Shown piece by piece: positions 52,327 to 61,222 of a DNA stretch of 63,223 nucleotides (its first letter is position 1; each line of letters starts with the position of its first letter). Made by a program: the position numbers and the translations under genes. This DNA comes from Candidatus Parcubacteria bacterium (GTDB lineage: Bacteria; Patescibacteriota; Minisyncoccia; Phycocordibacterales; JAKAEA01), in NCBI GenBank assembly GCA_019661945.1, contig JAIFWI010000006.1:1-63223 (forward strand), in the 5' to 3' direction. The notes beneath the pieces were generated by a model that made no database searches, had not been told where the DNA came from, and saw only the letters and a list, made by a program, of their open reading frames with translations.

Positions 52327-53436
52327 ATGTATCGGTTTGGAATTTTGATGATTATTGCCTCAATTCTCGCTTTTGGATATCCAGAAAATGTTGAAGCGTA
52401 TACATTTTTGCGAAGTTTGCGATTAGGTGACAGTGGTGGAGATGTCAAAGAGCTTCAGAAGGCCCTTAATGCTGATCCCGTCACAAGAATTACGGCAGCA
52501 GGAAGCGGCGCCCCTGGTCAAGAAACCAACTATTTTGGCAGTTTGACTCAGAAAGCGGTTATTAAATTTCAAGAAAAGTATAAAACCGATATTCTCAATC
52601 CAGCAAGACTTTCATTAGGAAATGGCTATGTAGGGCCATTAACAGTAAAAAAGCTCAATACTATTCAAATTCAAGGACCTTTAGTCTTAAATCCCAATAA
52701 TACGGCTGTAAATAATGATATTCTGGCTGAATTTAGGGTAAATGACAGTGAAAAGATCGATATATATGCTACTGATAAGAAAATTCAAGGAATCCATGAT
52801 TCCTGGATCCAGAAAATAAATAATGTTTTAGCCACAAAAAATGGTGCAGCGGCTATTAATACCAATGAATTACTGCCGCAAAACTTGAGCCCTGTTCTCT
52901 TGACTCAAATTTCCCAGCAATCTGCATCTCCAGGTACCATAATTACGCTGTCAGGTATAGGCTTTAATAGTGAAAATACTCTTTATTTTGGATCACAATA
53001 TGTGTTGAGAGGGATAAAAGGTCAAAATGGGGTGTTAAGTATATCAGTTCCCTCACTGCCATATGGAAAATATGATCTAGTTATTAAAAATAGCCAGGGT
53101 ACAAGCAATAGTCTCGTTTTCATCATTACATCGAAATCGCCTACGCCAGTCATTGTCTCAAGTGTTTCTCCTCAGAGAATTTCGTATGGTCAAACAATAA
53201 CTTTGAATGGTTCAGGTTTTAGCCCAACAGGCAATGATATATATACAACATTTGGTACAATAAAGGGTGTGAGCTCAGCTGACGGAAAAAGTCTTACTGT
53301 TACATTTCAGCCCGAATATTTGCGCGAGATAATAAAAACGGCACCTGGCGGTACTCAGTATGGTGTTCTTGTTACAGTAGTGAACGATAATGGTTATACA
53401 GCATCACCTGCGCTTTTCAATTTAACGACACCTTAA
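52327..53436 (+). CDS. Secreted protein: peptidoglycan-binding domain plus two IPT/TIG-like domains
   Basis: 369 aa. PG_binding_1 pattern GDSGGDVKELQKALN..GSLTQKAVIKFQEKY, then two repeats of the ISQQSASPGTIITLSGIGF type. Confidence 0.6.
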   Translation: MYRFGILMIIASILAFGYPENVEAYTFLRSLRLGDSGGDVKELQKALNADPVTRITAAGSGAPGQETNYFGSLTQKAVIKFQEKYKTDILNPARLSLGNGYVGPLTVKKLNTIQIQGPLVLNPNNTAVNNDILAEFRVNDSEKIDIYATDKKIQGIHDSWIQKINNVLATKNGAAAINTNELLPQNLSPVLLTQISQQSASPGTIITLSGIGFNSENTLYFGSQYVLRGIKGQNGVLSISVPSLPYGKYDLVIKNSQGTSNSLVFIITSKSPTPVIVSSVSPQRISYGQTITLNGSGFSPTGNDIYTTFGTIKGVSSADGKSLTVTFQPEYLREIIKTAPGGTQYGVLVTVVNDNGYTASPALFNLTTP

Positions 53437-53439
53437 GCT

Positions 53440-53856
53440 ATGCATAAGATAAAACATTTAAAACTTTTTGTAACGATACTGCTCTTCTTTTGTTGGTTTT
53501 TTTCGGCAACAATTGTTAATGCGCAAGTGCCTTTTGGAGGGCTAAGTACTGGAATAATACTTCCGTGTACATGTCCTGGACTTATTGGCCCTCCTCCCAT
53601 TCCAGGATCAACCTGGCAGGCATTTACTCCGCTCTATTTCACACCTGTGCCATTGGCTGGGGCTATGGTTGTTCCTCCAGTAATTACCTTTCCATCCTAT
53701 ACAATTCGGCCGGCATCATGGGGATTGGGATTTTATGTTCCTGGAGCAGGGGTTGGATGCGGAATATTTGTTCCTAATCCGATACTTCCATTTTGTATTC
53801 CCCTACCTAATCTAGGATTGATTACTCCTTTTGCTGGCAGTTCACTTATTCCCTAA
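53440..53856 (+). CDS. Small secreted Pro/Gly/Cys-rich protein
   Basis: 138 aa. Signal peptide ending VNAQ. Confidence 0.45.
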   Translation: MHKIKHLKLFVTILLFFCWFFSATIVNAQVPFGGLSTGIILPCTCPGLIGPPPIPGSTWQAFTPLYFTPVPLAGAMVVPPVITFPSYTIRPASWGLGFYVPGAGVGCGIFVPNPILPFCIPLPNLGLITPFAGSSLIP

Positions 53857-54688
53857 TCACTCGAGAAAGTTTTTTCCAATCCTCCAGTGTAATATCTTCG
53901 GCTCGAGTTTTTTTATCAATACCGCTCTGCGCAAAAAGTTCTTCGAAGTTTCTATTTTCAAATACATTCTTTAAATTTCCAATGAGCATTTTGCGTTTAT
54001 GAGCGAAACCGGCTTTCATGACATCGAAAAAGAATTTCTCATCGATGTCTTTAAAAAAGTCACGAGAAATATTCTCGACAAGTAAAATTCCTGAATCAAC
54101 TTTGGGTGGAGGTGAAAAATATTTTGCTTTGACCGTGCCAATGTATTTCGGTGTACCGTATGCCTTAACACCGATGGAAAGAATACTTTCTTTTTTATCA
54201 CGGGCAACAATTCTCTGGGCGACTTCTTTTTGCAAAAGCAATACCATAAGCTCTGGTTGATATTCTGCAGTCAAAAACTTTTGAATAATCGCTCCGGTAA
54301 TATTGTACGGAATATTGGCAATAATTTTGTAACCTCCCTCCTGCTTCGCAGTGCTCCCCCCTAGGGGAGATTCTCCCTTTGAAGGGAGTGGCCTTGTGCC
54401 GAGGGATGTTGGATCAAATTCTAGAATGTCGCCTTGTTTAATATCCAATCTGCCCGATCCGATTTCTGTTTTAAATTTTTCTTGCAAAAGTGAAACAAGT
54501 TCGGCATCTTTTTCGATGGCCATAATTTTTCCAGCGACTGTAAGAAGCATTTCAGTTAAAGCCCCCTTGCCTGGTCCAATTTCTAAAATAACATCGTCAG
54601 TTTTAATCTGTCCTGCTGTAACAATGTCCCGAAGTGCTTCTTTTGATTTTAGAAAATTTTGCCCGAGTGATTTTTTAGGGTGGTGCAT
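53846..54688 (-). CDS. rsmA: 16S rRNA (adenine1518/1519-N6)-dimethyltransferase RsmA/KsgA
   Basis: 280 aa. KSLGQNFL, EIGPGKGALT and NIPYNIT motifs. Confidence 0.9.
   Translation of the reverse strand: MHHPKKSLGQNFLKSKEALRDIVTAGQIKTDDVILEIGPGKGALTEMLLTVAGKIMAIEKDAELVSLLQEKFKTEIGSGRLDIKQGDILEFDPTSLGTRPLPSKGESPLGGSTAKQEGGYKIIANIPYNITGAIIQKFLTAEYQPELMVLLLQKEVAQRIVARDKKESILSIGVKAYGTPKYIGTVKAKYFSPPPKVDSGILLVENISRDFFKDIDEKFFFDVMKAGFAHKRKMLIGNLKNVFENRNFEELFAQSGIDKKTRAEDITLEDWKKLSRVIRE
54333..54406 (-). repeat. GC-rich double-palindrome element in frame in rsmA (encodes ~LGTRPLPSKGESPLGGSTAKQEGG)
   Basis: Sub-palindromes ctcccc..ggggag (54354-54369) and ctccct..agggag (54373-54388). It lengthens the loop between the GD(I/A)L box and NIPYNI by roughly 18 aa. 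Confidence 0.55.
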
Positions 54689-54710
54689 GAGGGCACTCTA
54701 GCATATTGCA

Positions 54711-54760
54711 GCCTCACCCCCAACCCCTCTCCTGTTAAGGAGAAGGGCTAGGGATGAGGC
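54711..54760. repeat. 50-nt GC-rich imperfect palindrome in the rsmA-pcrA spacer
   Basis: gcctcacccccaacccctctcc tgttaa ggagaagggctagggatgaggc. Arms are 18/22 complementary, and the four mismatches are C/T, giving G-U pairs on one strand. Confidence 0.7.
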
Positions 54761-54766
54761 TGATTA

Positions 54767-56737
54767 TTAATCAAAATAAATTGTTTTGATTGCAGACTTG
54801 CGAGAGCCGGTTCTGTCCTCTGACTGAATCAATTCCTCATCCATTTCAATCATAAATTCAGAGGGAATATTGACTTGTTTCGAGCCGAAAATGGTGCGCA
54901 TACCGGCATAGGTCAAGAACAATTTTTTGCGGGCTCGAGTAACAGCAACATAAAATAAGCGGCGTTCTTCTTCAAGATCAACATCCTCATTACTCGTGCC
55001 CATTCTTTTGTGCGGAAATAAATTTTCTTCAAGACCGGTAATGAACACGTAATCAAATTCCAAACCTTTTGAGGCATGGATGGTCATGAGTTTCACAGCA
55101 TTTTGGTCTTTAATCATATCATCTTGATCTGAGGCAAGTGCTGCGTCTGCCAAGAGCGATTCAATCCCTCCCTCGCCCGCCGAAGCTCCTGCGGAGGCGG
55201 GTTCGTTATCATATCTTGTGGCGAGCGTCACTAATTCTTTTATATTTTCCAATCGCTCTAAATCTTCATCGAGCTTGCTGGCTTTCAGTGTTTGCTCGAT
55301 ACCAGAAACTTTTAAAATATATTTTATAGTATCACTCGGTTTTGATGTTGAAGCCGTTTGTTTAATGGCACCTAAAATATTGAAGAAGGTATTTATTTTT
55401 TCGCGTGTTGCTGCTGGTAGTGTATCCTTTTGCCCGGCAAATAATTTAAGTAGGGTGACTTTGCCAATGCCTCGAGCAGGGACATTGATAATTCTTTTTA
55501 TATCAGTTAATGAATCTTCATTAAGAGCGGCGCGCAAGTATGACAAGATATCTTTGACCTCTTTTCGTTCAAAAAATCGTACGCCCAAAACTTGATACGG
55601 TAAAGAATTACTGAGAAATGCTTCTTCCAAAACACGTGACTGAAAGTTTGCTCGATACAAAACCGCAATGTCTCGAGGTGCGACTCCTTTTTTTATAAGT
55701 TCCTGGGTTTTCTCAGAAATAAATTCGGCTTCATCGGCTTCATCATATCCACCAAAAACACCGATGCGGTCCCCCTCTGCTTGTTTAGTGAATAATTTTT
55801 TCTCTCGGCGGTTTTTGTTTTTTTCAATAGCCCGATTCGCTGCGGTTAAAATAGTCTGGGTTGAGCGATAATTTTCTTCAAGTACTACTACTTTTGCTTC
55901 AGGGTAATCTTCCTCAAAATTCAGAATATTTTGAATGTCTGCGCCACGCCACGAATAGATCATTTGATCGATATCACCAACCACACAAATATTTCTTGTC
56001 TTTTCTCCAAGAAGTTTTGAAATAGTATATTGGACCTTGTTTGTATCCTGGTATTCATCAATGTGAATATATTTCCAAATATTTTGATATCGTTCCAAGA
56101 CTTCTTTATTTCGGCGTAAAAGCAGAACAGTCTTTAAGAGTAAATCATCAAAGTCTAGGGCTTTTTCTTTCTTGAGAATCTTTTCATATCGCTGCCAAAC
56201 ATCGGCTACAATCCGTGGAAAATACTGATTACCGGCACTTTGGCTGAATGTCTCAACCGTATTTAGGTTGCCTTTCTCCCGAGATATGGCATTCATGATC
56301 TTGCCCGGCTCAAATTGCTTGGGATCGAGCCCTGATTCCTCAAGCGCTTCCTTAACAGCTCGCTTTGAATCGTTTTTATCAAAAATGCCAAAATGGCGCG
56401 GCAAGTCTATTAAGCGGGAATTTTCTTTGAGAATATGAACTCCTAATGAGTGAAAGGTGCTCATGAAGGGCTTGTCTTTAAATGAAACAGGCAGATTGAG
56501 CTCCTTGTCCTCTGCCAAAAGCTTTTCAATCCGCTCACGCATTTCCTTAGCGGCCTTATTGGTAAAGGTAATAGCTAAAATGTCTTGAGGAGCTACCCCT
56601 TGCTTTATGAGATGCAAAATTCGATAGGTTATGGTCTTGGTCTTGCCTGCTCCGGCCCCAGCCAATATAAGTAAAGGCCCGTCTTTGTGTAAAACGGCAT
56701 CTCGCTGAGGAATATTAAGACCATCAAGGTAGTTCAT
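54767..56737 (-). CDS. pcrA: ATP-dependent DNA helicase PcrA/UvrD
   Basis: 656 aa. AGAGAGKTKT (motif I), IHIDEYQDTN (motif II), and TIHASKGLEFDYVFI with VAVTRARKKL (motifs V/VI). Confidence 0.9.
   Translation of the reverse strand: MNYLDGLNIPQRDAVLHKDGPLLILAGAGAGKTKTITYRILHLIKQGVAPQDILAITFTNKAAKEMRERIEKLLAEDKELNLPVSFKDKPFMSTFHSLGVHILKENSRLIDLPRHFGIFDKNDSKRAVKEALEESGLDPKQFEPGKIMNAISREKGNLNTVETFSQSAGNQYFPRIVADVWQRYEKILKKEKALDFDDLLLKTVLLLRRNKEVLERYQNIWKYIHIDEYQDTNKVQYTISKLLGEKTRNICVVGDIDQMIYSWRGADIQNILNFEEDYPEAKVVVLEENYRSTQTILTAANRAIEKNKNRREKKLFTKQAEGDRIGVFGGYDEADEAEFISEKTQELIKKGVAPRDIAVLYRANFQSRVLEEAFLSNSLPYQVLGVRFFERKEVKDILSYLRAALNEDSLTDIKRIINVPARGIGKVTLLKLFAGQKDTLPAATREKINTFFNILGAIKQTASTSKPSDTIKYILKVSGIEQTLKASKLDEDLERLENIKELVTLATRYDNEPASAGASAGEGGIESLLADAALASDQDDMIKDQNAVKLMTIHASKGLEFDYVFITGLEENLFPHKRMGTSNEDVDLEEERRLFYVAVTRARKKLFLTYAGMRTIFGSKQVNIPSEFMIEMDEELIQSEDRTGSRKSAIKTIYFD
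55166..55205 (-). repeat. GC-rich element in frame in pcrA (encodes EPASAGASAGEGG)
   Basis: The reverse strand cgaacccgcctccgcaggagcttcggcgggcgagggaggg matches the holA copy at 26/35. Confidence 0.6.
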
Positions 56738-56746
56738 AGAGAACTA

Positions 56747-57316
56747 CTATAACATGTTCCGGTTTTTCGAGTGGAGAGGGTTAGGTTTGGCGAAACTCGT
56801 GAATATTGAAATAAAGCCACGGAACATTCTCTTTAAAATATGGACCTTTTTAAGAGGTGCTGGATTAACGACTGGAGTAGCAGCAGCAATGGGCTCAAGA
56901 TCAGTAAAAATTGTTTCAATTGGTTCAGTATAATGACTTACTTCTTCTTTAATTGGTTGGGGCTCAATTGCAGCGATCTCAACCCGTTCTAAAACAGCTG
57001 TTTGAGTTGATTCGGCTGGAGCATGTTCCATAGTTGGTGTGGGCATTGGTCCAGATAAAAGAACCTCAGGAACTGTTTCATAGAAGTGAGAGGCAAAAAT
57101 TGGCGAAGGTATTGGAGCTATTTCTGTTGGAGCATCCCCGACAATTAATTCAGGAATAAGCCCAGTTGTAATCAGAGGCTTCTTTTCTCGGATCTTTTTT
57201 TTAGGAGTTTTAGAAGAAACTTTTTTAATTGCACCTTTTTTCTGAGCAGAAAACTTCCTAGTGGGTGCTTTTTTTTTGAGTTTTGGTGTCGTTTTTTTAG
57301 CCGGAACTTTCTTCAT
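56747..57316 (-). CDS. Hypothetical protein with a Lys-rich (histone H1-like) N-terminus
   Basis: 189 aa. The first ~50 residues are K/P/T/A-rich, and the rest is P/E/I-rich. Confidence 0.45.
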   Translation of the reverse strand: MKKVPAKKTTPKLKKKAPTRKFSAQKKGAIKKVSSKTPKKKIREKKPLITTGLIPELIVGDAPTEIAPIPSPIFASHFYETVPEVLLSGPMPTPTMEHAPAESTQTAVLERVEIAAIEPQPIKEEVSHYTEPIETIFTDLEPIAAATPVVNPAPLKKVHILKRMFRGFISIFTSFAKPNPLHSKNRNML

Positions 57317-57545
57317 GAGTATATTTTACCATGCACAGGCTTTATGGTGGGCTGTGGATATCTGTTTGACATAGTTAACCCATGGTCTATGATTACTAAG
57401 TCGGCAGTATTACCTGTCGGCATACCTGATACGATTGAACGCCTGATGGCTTAACCAAGCCAAAATTTACTGAAATTCTGAACGACTCTCTAAATTAAGG
57501 CTTATTCTACACATTCCACAGGATCCTTCTCGATCTCAGTCACGA

Positions 57546-58691
57546 TTGATCGGAAAGGTGACAAAATATATAGCGGTCGGGGTCATTACCTTACAGCTCA
57601 TTCTGCCCCTACCACTATCCCCTTTTACGTATACCGCTCATGCAGGCTTCCTGTCTGTGGTGTCTTCTTTCTTGGGTATTGAAGTCAAGGCTGCTCAGGA
57701 TGTAATCATGACAAACTCTCAGAAGATGCCTCTCTTAGAAGCACCTTTGAACCCTTTAGCAACAGCTCCACAGGCTGAAGTTAAGAAATATCTGGCAATG
57801 GCTTCAGCTGCCCAGGCTTTAATCTCAGCTAAGTCTGCTTTTGAACTTGAGGATACTCGCGATCATGGGCCGATACCTGAGGACAAAGACCAAGAGAATA
57901 ACGATGGTGAAAATCATACCATTACTAATTATAAGGTAGTTGCCGGTGATACTGTTACAAGTATTGCAGAAAAGTATGGAATTTCAGTCAACACTGTTCT
58001 TTGGGCCAATGATTTGCGACGTGACAGTAAGCTCATTGTTGGTAAAAACCTAACCATTTTGCCTATAACAGGCGTGAAATATGAAGTAGAACCCGGCGAT
58101 ACCCTAAGCAGTATCGCCCTTAAATTTAAAAGTGATTCCAAAGAAATTTTTGCCTACAATGAGCTCGGGACTGATAAACTCAGAATTGGTGATGTTATTG
58201 TTATTCCCGATGGTGAAATAGCCCCTACTGCTACCTTGGCTAAAGCCCAAACGAGCTCTGGGAATATAGCTCAAAAGGCAGTTACTACTGCACTTGGAGT
58301 AAATATTGCTAAAGCTGATGTTCCCGAGGGCAGCGGTTACTATATGCGACCGATACTTGCCGGAACAAAGACCCAGGGAATTCATGGTTCAAATGGTGTT
58401 GATTTAGCAGATTCTTGCGGAACACCTATCTATGCAGCGGCCAGTGGTGAAGTGACTTTGAGTAAAGGAGGTGGCGCTTGGAACGGCGGTTATGGAAACT
58501 ATGTTGTTATCAGCCATCCAAATGGTTCTCAGACTCTCTATGCTCACATGCAATCCGTGGCTCTTGATGAAGGTGTTCAGGTAGAAAAAGGCCAAGCTAT
58601 TGGCACCATTGGCGCTACCGGTAAGGTACACGGCACAACCGGCTGTCACGTTCACTTCGAAGTCCGAGGCGGCGGCCGAAATCCTTTCTAG
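57546..58691 (+). CDS. LysM-domain M23 family metallopeptidase
   Basis: 381 aa (TTG start in the track). Two LysM repeats (YKVVAGDTVTSIAEKYG and YEVEPGDTLSSIALKF). M23 motifs HGSNGVDL and HVHFEV. Confidence 0.85.
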   Translation: MIGKVTKYIAVGVITLQLILPLPLSPFTYTAHAGFLSVVSSFLGIEVKAAQDVIMTNSQKMPLLEAPLNPLATAPQAEVKKYLAMASAAQALISAKSAFELEDTRDHGPIPEDKDQENNDGENHTITNYKVVAGDTVTSIAEKYGISVNTVLWANDLRRDSKLIVGKNLTILPITGVKYEVEPGDTLSSIALKFKSDSKEIFAYNELGTDKLRIGDVIVIPDGEIAPTATLAKAQTSSGNIAQKAVTTALGVNIAKADVPEGSGYYMRPILAGTKTQGIHGSNGVDLADSCGTPIYAAASGEVTLSKGGGAWNGGYGNYVVISHPNGSQTLYAHMQSVALDEGVQVEKGQAIGTIGATGKVHGTTGCHVHFEVRGGGRNPF

Positions 58692-58721
58692 ATTTCCTTA
58701 ATTTAAATATTGAAAATGAAA

Positions 58722-58746
58722 AAGCCGCAAGAAAACCTTGCGGCTT
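58722..58746. terminator. Bidirectional intrinsic terminator
   Basis: aagccgcaag aaaac cttgcggctt, a perfect 10-bp stem with T runs on both strands. Confidence 0.7.
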
Positions 58747-58776
58747 TTCTCGCGGCTCTGTTTGCCGACGAAAGAC

Positions 58777-59100
58777 TTACAGCACGTCGACCGACTCGAG
58801 GCCGTCGCGCAGGCGCTGCTTGAACCAGTCTTGGTCGAACTTCTCCGGGACGATCACGGTGAAGAACCTGTTTTGTGGGTTCTCCCAGAGCCCGGACAAG
58901 ATCACGGCATTGATGGTCGCCTGGTCTGCCTGGTTTTCCAGACGCAAGTTGCTGCCGAGCATCCCCTTGAAGTACAGCACGGCGGTCCGGGTCCCCCCGT
59001 CGAGCGTCTGGTTTTGCCCTTGTCCCAGGTTGAACGCTAGACGGAGCTTTGTCCCAGCTCGGACGTCGCGCAGGATTTCACTGAGCTTTGCCCTGTCCAT
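58777..59100 (-). CDS. Hypothetical protein, compositionally foreign (high GC)
   Basis: 107 aa from MDRAKLSEILRDV, with RBS AAAGGA 6 nt upstream. 33/60 G+C at 58861-58920. No motif recognised. Confidence 0.5.
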   Translation of the reverse strand: MDRAKLSEILRDVRAGTKLRLAFNLGQGQNQTLDGGTRTAVLYFKGMLGSNLRLENQADQATINAVILSGLWENPQNRFFTVIVPEKFDQDWFKQRLRDGLESVDVL

Positions 59101-59172
59101 GGCGGATCCTTTCAAAAGAGGGCCATTTGTTCGTGTTGGAGGCACATTGCCTGCCAAAGACTGCTGTCCGGC

Positions 59173-59200
59173 ATAATAGCATAAAATTTAAATAAGTCAA
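59173..59200 (-). promoter_or_regulatory. Sigma70-like promoter for the high-GC ORF
   Basis: The reverse strand has TTGACT (59195-59200), a 16-nt spacer and TATTAT (59173-59178). It starts 6 nt past the comM stop. Confidence 0.45.
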
Positions 59201-59205
59201 TGACA

Positions 59206-60756
59206 TTAAGCTCTTTTAGGCCGGTATTGCAGGGCTTCGAGGATGCATTCTTTGTTTATTTTCTGCATACCGCCCAAGTCAGCGATAGTTTGAGCTAATT
59301 TCATCATCCGGTGATGGGCTCTACCCGATAAGCCGAGCCTTTCTGAGGTGGTATTCAGGATTTCTTTAGCATATGAATCGAGTTCAATATAGGTATGAAG
59401 ATCTCGGGCGCTCATTTCGCTGTTTGTAAGAATGCCGCGACTATGACCTTTGAAACGTTTAGCTTGAATATCCCGGGCTTTTTGAATGCGTTCTTGAACT
59501 TCTTTAGTAGATTCTCCACCTGATTGCCGCTCGGTTAGAGCTCGGTGGTTAATGGCTGAAACTTCAGTCCAAATATCAATCCGATCAATAATAGGGCCAG
59601 AGATTTTGCGCTGATAACGGGTGACAATGTTTGCCGTACAGGTGCATTCTTTGCCGGCAATGCCGTAATTGCCGCAGGGGCATGGGTTCATAGCCACAAT
59701 CAGGATGACATGGGCCGGAAACGTGCTTGTACCACGGGCTCGGGCAATAGTAACGGTTCGCTCTTCGAGTGGCTGACGTAGAGCATCAATAACTTTGCGG
59801 TCAAATTCAGGAAACTCATCCATGAAAAGCACTCCTCGATGAGCTAAGGTAATTTCGCCGGGCTTGGGGAAAGTGCCACCCCCGACGATGGAAATATACG
59901 ATGACGTATGATGCGGCGCTCGAAAGGGCGGATGAATAATTAAATCTCCGGCTAAAGTGCCGGCCACAGAGTGAATTGAAGACACTTCAAGCATTTCTTC
60001 GAATGAAAGTGTTGGTAATAAATGCCGGAAAGCCCGGGCAAGCATAGTTTTCCCTGTTCCTGGTGGTCCATACATAGCCAGATTGTGTCCGCCAGCAGCA
60101 GCAATTTCCATTCCCCGCTTTGCACCCTCTTGGCCATTTACATCAGACATATCAACATCATAAGTTTCATCTTTAGTAGGTTTCTCCGTTGGCGGCTGAG
60201 GTATGATTTTCGGCCGCGGCTGGCCATCGTCAGTCTTTTTATTATTTATATGCTCGATAATTTCTTTGAGATTGAGGCTTGGGTAGACCGTAATACCAGA
60301 AATTAAGGCTGCTTCGCGGGCATTTTCGGTTGGAACGAATATTTCTTCAAATCCGCGAGATTTTGCTTCACGAGTGAGCGGTAAAACACCTGAGACTGGT
60401 CGTAGTCCTCCATCAAGCGACAATTCACCCAGGAAGAGCTTTTTTTCTGGATTAAAACGAATATCTTGGGCTGAAAGTAAGTAAGCTAAAGCCATCGGCA
60501 CATCAAAACTTGGTCCTTCTTTCTTTAAATCAGCTGGAGCAAGGGACACGACTACTTTTTGATTCTTACTTTTAGGCGAAGTGAAGCCGGAATTCTTAAT
60601 CGCGGCTGAAATTCTATCCCGCGACTCTTTCACTGCTTCATCAGGCAGGCCGACAATGGAAAAAGAGTGTAATCCCTTGGATAAATCAACTTCAATTGAA
60701 ATTATGGTAGCTTTGGTTAAATTCGCTTGAGCGCTATATACTTTGGCAAAACTCAT
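59206..60756 (-). CDS. comM: Mg-chelatase-like ATPase YifB/ComM
   Basis: 516 aa. Lon-like N-terminal domain. Walker A GPPGTGKTMLA and Walker B VLFMDEFPEF. Confidence 0.9.
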   Translation of the reverse strand: MSFAKVYSAQANLTKATIISIEVDLSKGLHSFSIVGLPDEAVKESRDRISAAIKNSGFTSPKSKNQKVVVSLAPADLKKEGPSFDVPMALAYLLSAQDIRFNPEKKLFLGELSLDGGLRPVSGVLPLTREAKSRGFEEIFVPTENAREAALISGITVYPSLNLKEIIEHINNKKTDDGQPRPKIIPQPPTEKPTKDETYDVDMSDVNGQEGAKRGMEIAAAGGHNLAMYGPPGTGKTMLARAFRHLLPTLSFEEMLEVSSIHSVAGTLAGDLIIHPPFRAPHHTSSYISIVGGGTFPKPGEITLAHRGVLFMDEFPEFDRKVIDALRQPLEERTVTIARARGTSTFPAHVILIVAMNPCPCGNYGIAGKECTCTANIVTRYQRKISGPIIDRIDIWTEVSAINHRALTERQSGGESTKEVQERIQKARDIQAKRFKGHSRGILTNSEMSARDLHTYIELDSYAKEILNTTSERLGLSGRAHHRMMKLAQTIADLGGMQKINKECILEALQYRPKRA

Positions 60757-60816
60757 GCCTTAAGCATACATAGTCGAGATAAAGGAAAAATAAAAACCGC
60801 CAGAGGGCGGTTTGGT

Positions 60817-61188
60817 TTAGGCATTCATATGCGCCTTGCAGGTTTTGGCGGCGGGATTGGCGCTTAAGCGATCTTCTTCAATTGGTTTGCCGCAGACTTC
60901 GCAGATACCGAACTTGCCTTCTTCCATTTTTTTCAAAGCGGCATCAATTTCCATTAAGCGAGTCTCAAGTTCATTAGTTAGAGCCGTGTTATTTTCATAT
61001 GATTCAATTCGATCGGCAGTTTCATTTGAGTCTGATCCAAGGATATCCATATCTGCAGGCTTACCTTGCCAATCATCAGGGCTTTTCATATTTTTAACTA
61101 CACCAATTTCTCCAAGCTCGCGTACTAAGAGCTCTTTTTCTTCAGTCAGCTTTTTCTTAAGTCCGTCATGGTTTTCGTGATGTGTCAT
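60817..61188 (-). CDS. DksA/TraR family C4-type zinc-finger protein
   Basis: 123 aa. Coiled-coil N-terminus and CEVCGKPIEEDRLSANPAAKTCKAH. Confidence 0.75.
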   Translation of the reverse strand: MTHHENHDGLKKKLTEEKELLVRELGEIGVVKNMKSPDDWQGKPADMDILGSDSNETADRIESYENNTALTNELETRLMEIDAALKKMEEGKFGICEVCGKPIEEDRLSANPAAKTCKAHMNA

Positions 61189-61222
61189 ATGAATATGATA
61201 GCAAGTACAGCTTCTAATGCAA

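Noticed and set aside
57317-57545. Riboswitch (for example cyclic-di-AMP/ydaO type) in the leader of the LysM-M23 peptidase gene
   Set aside because: A good promoter (TTGACA, 16 nt, TATGAT at about 57376-57403) and a ~140-nt leader exist, with a repeated GTCGGCA string. I could not find any conserved riboswitch core motif by eye, so there is not enough to call one.
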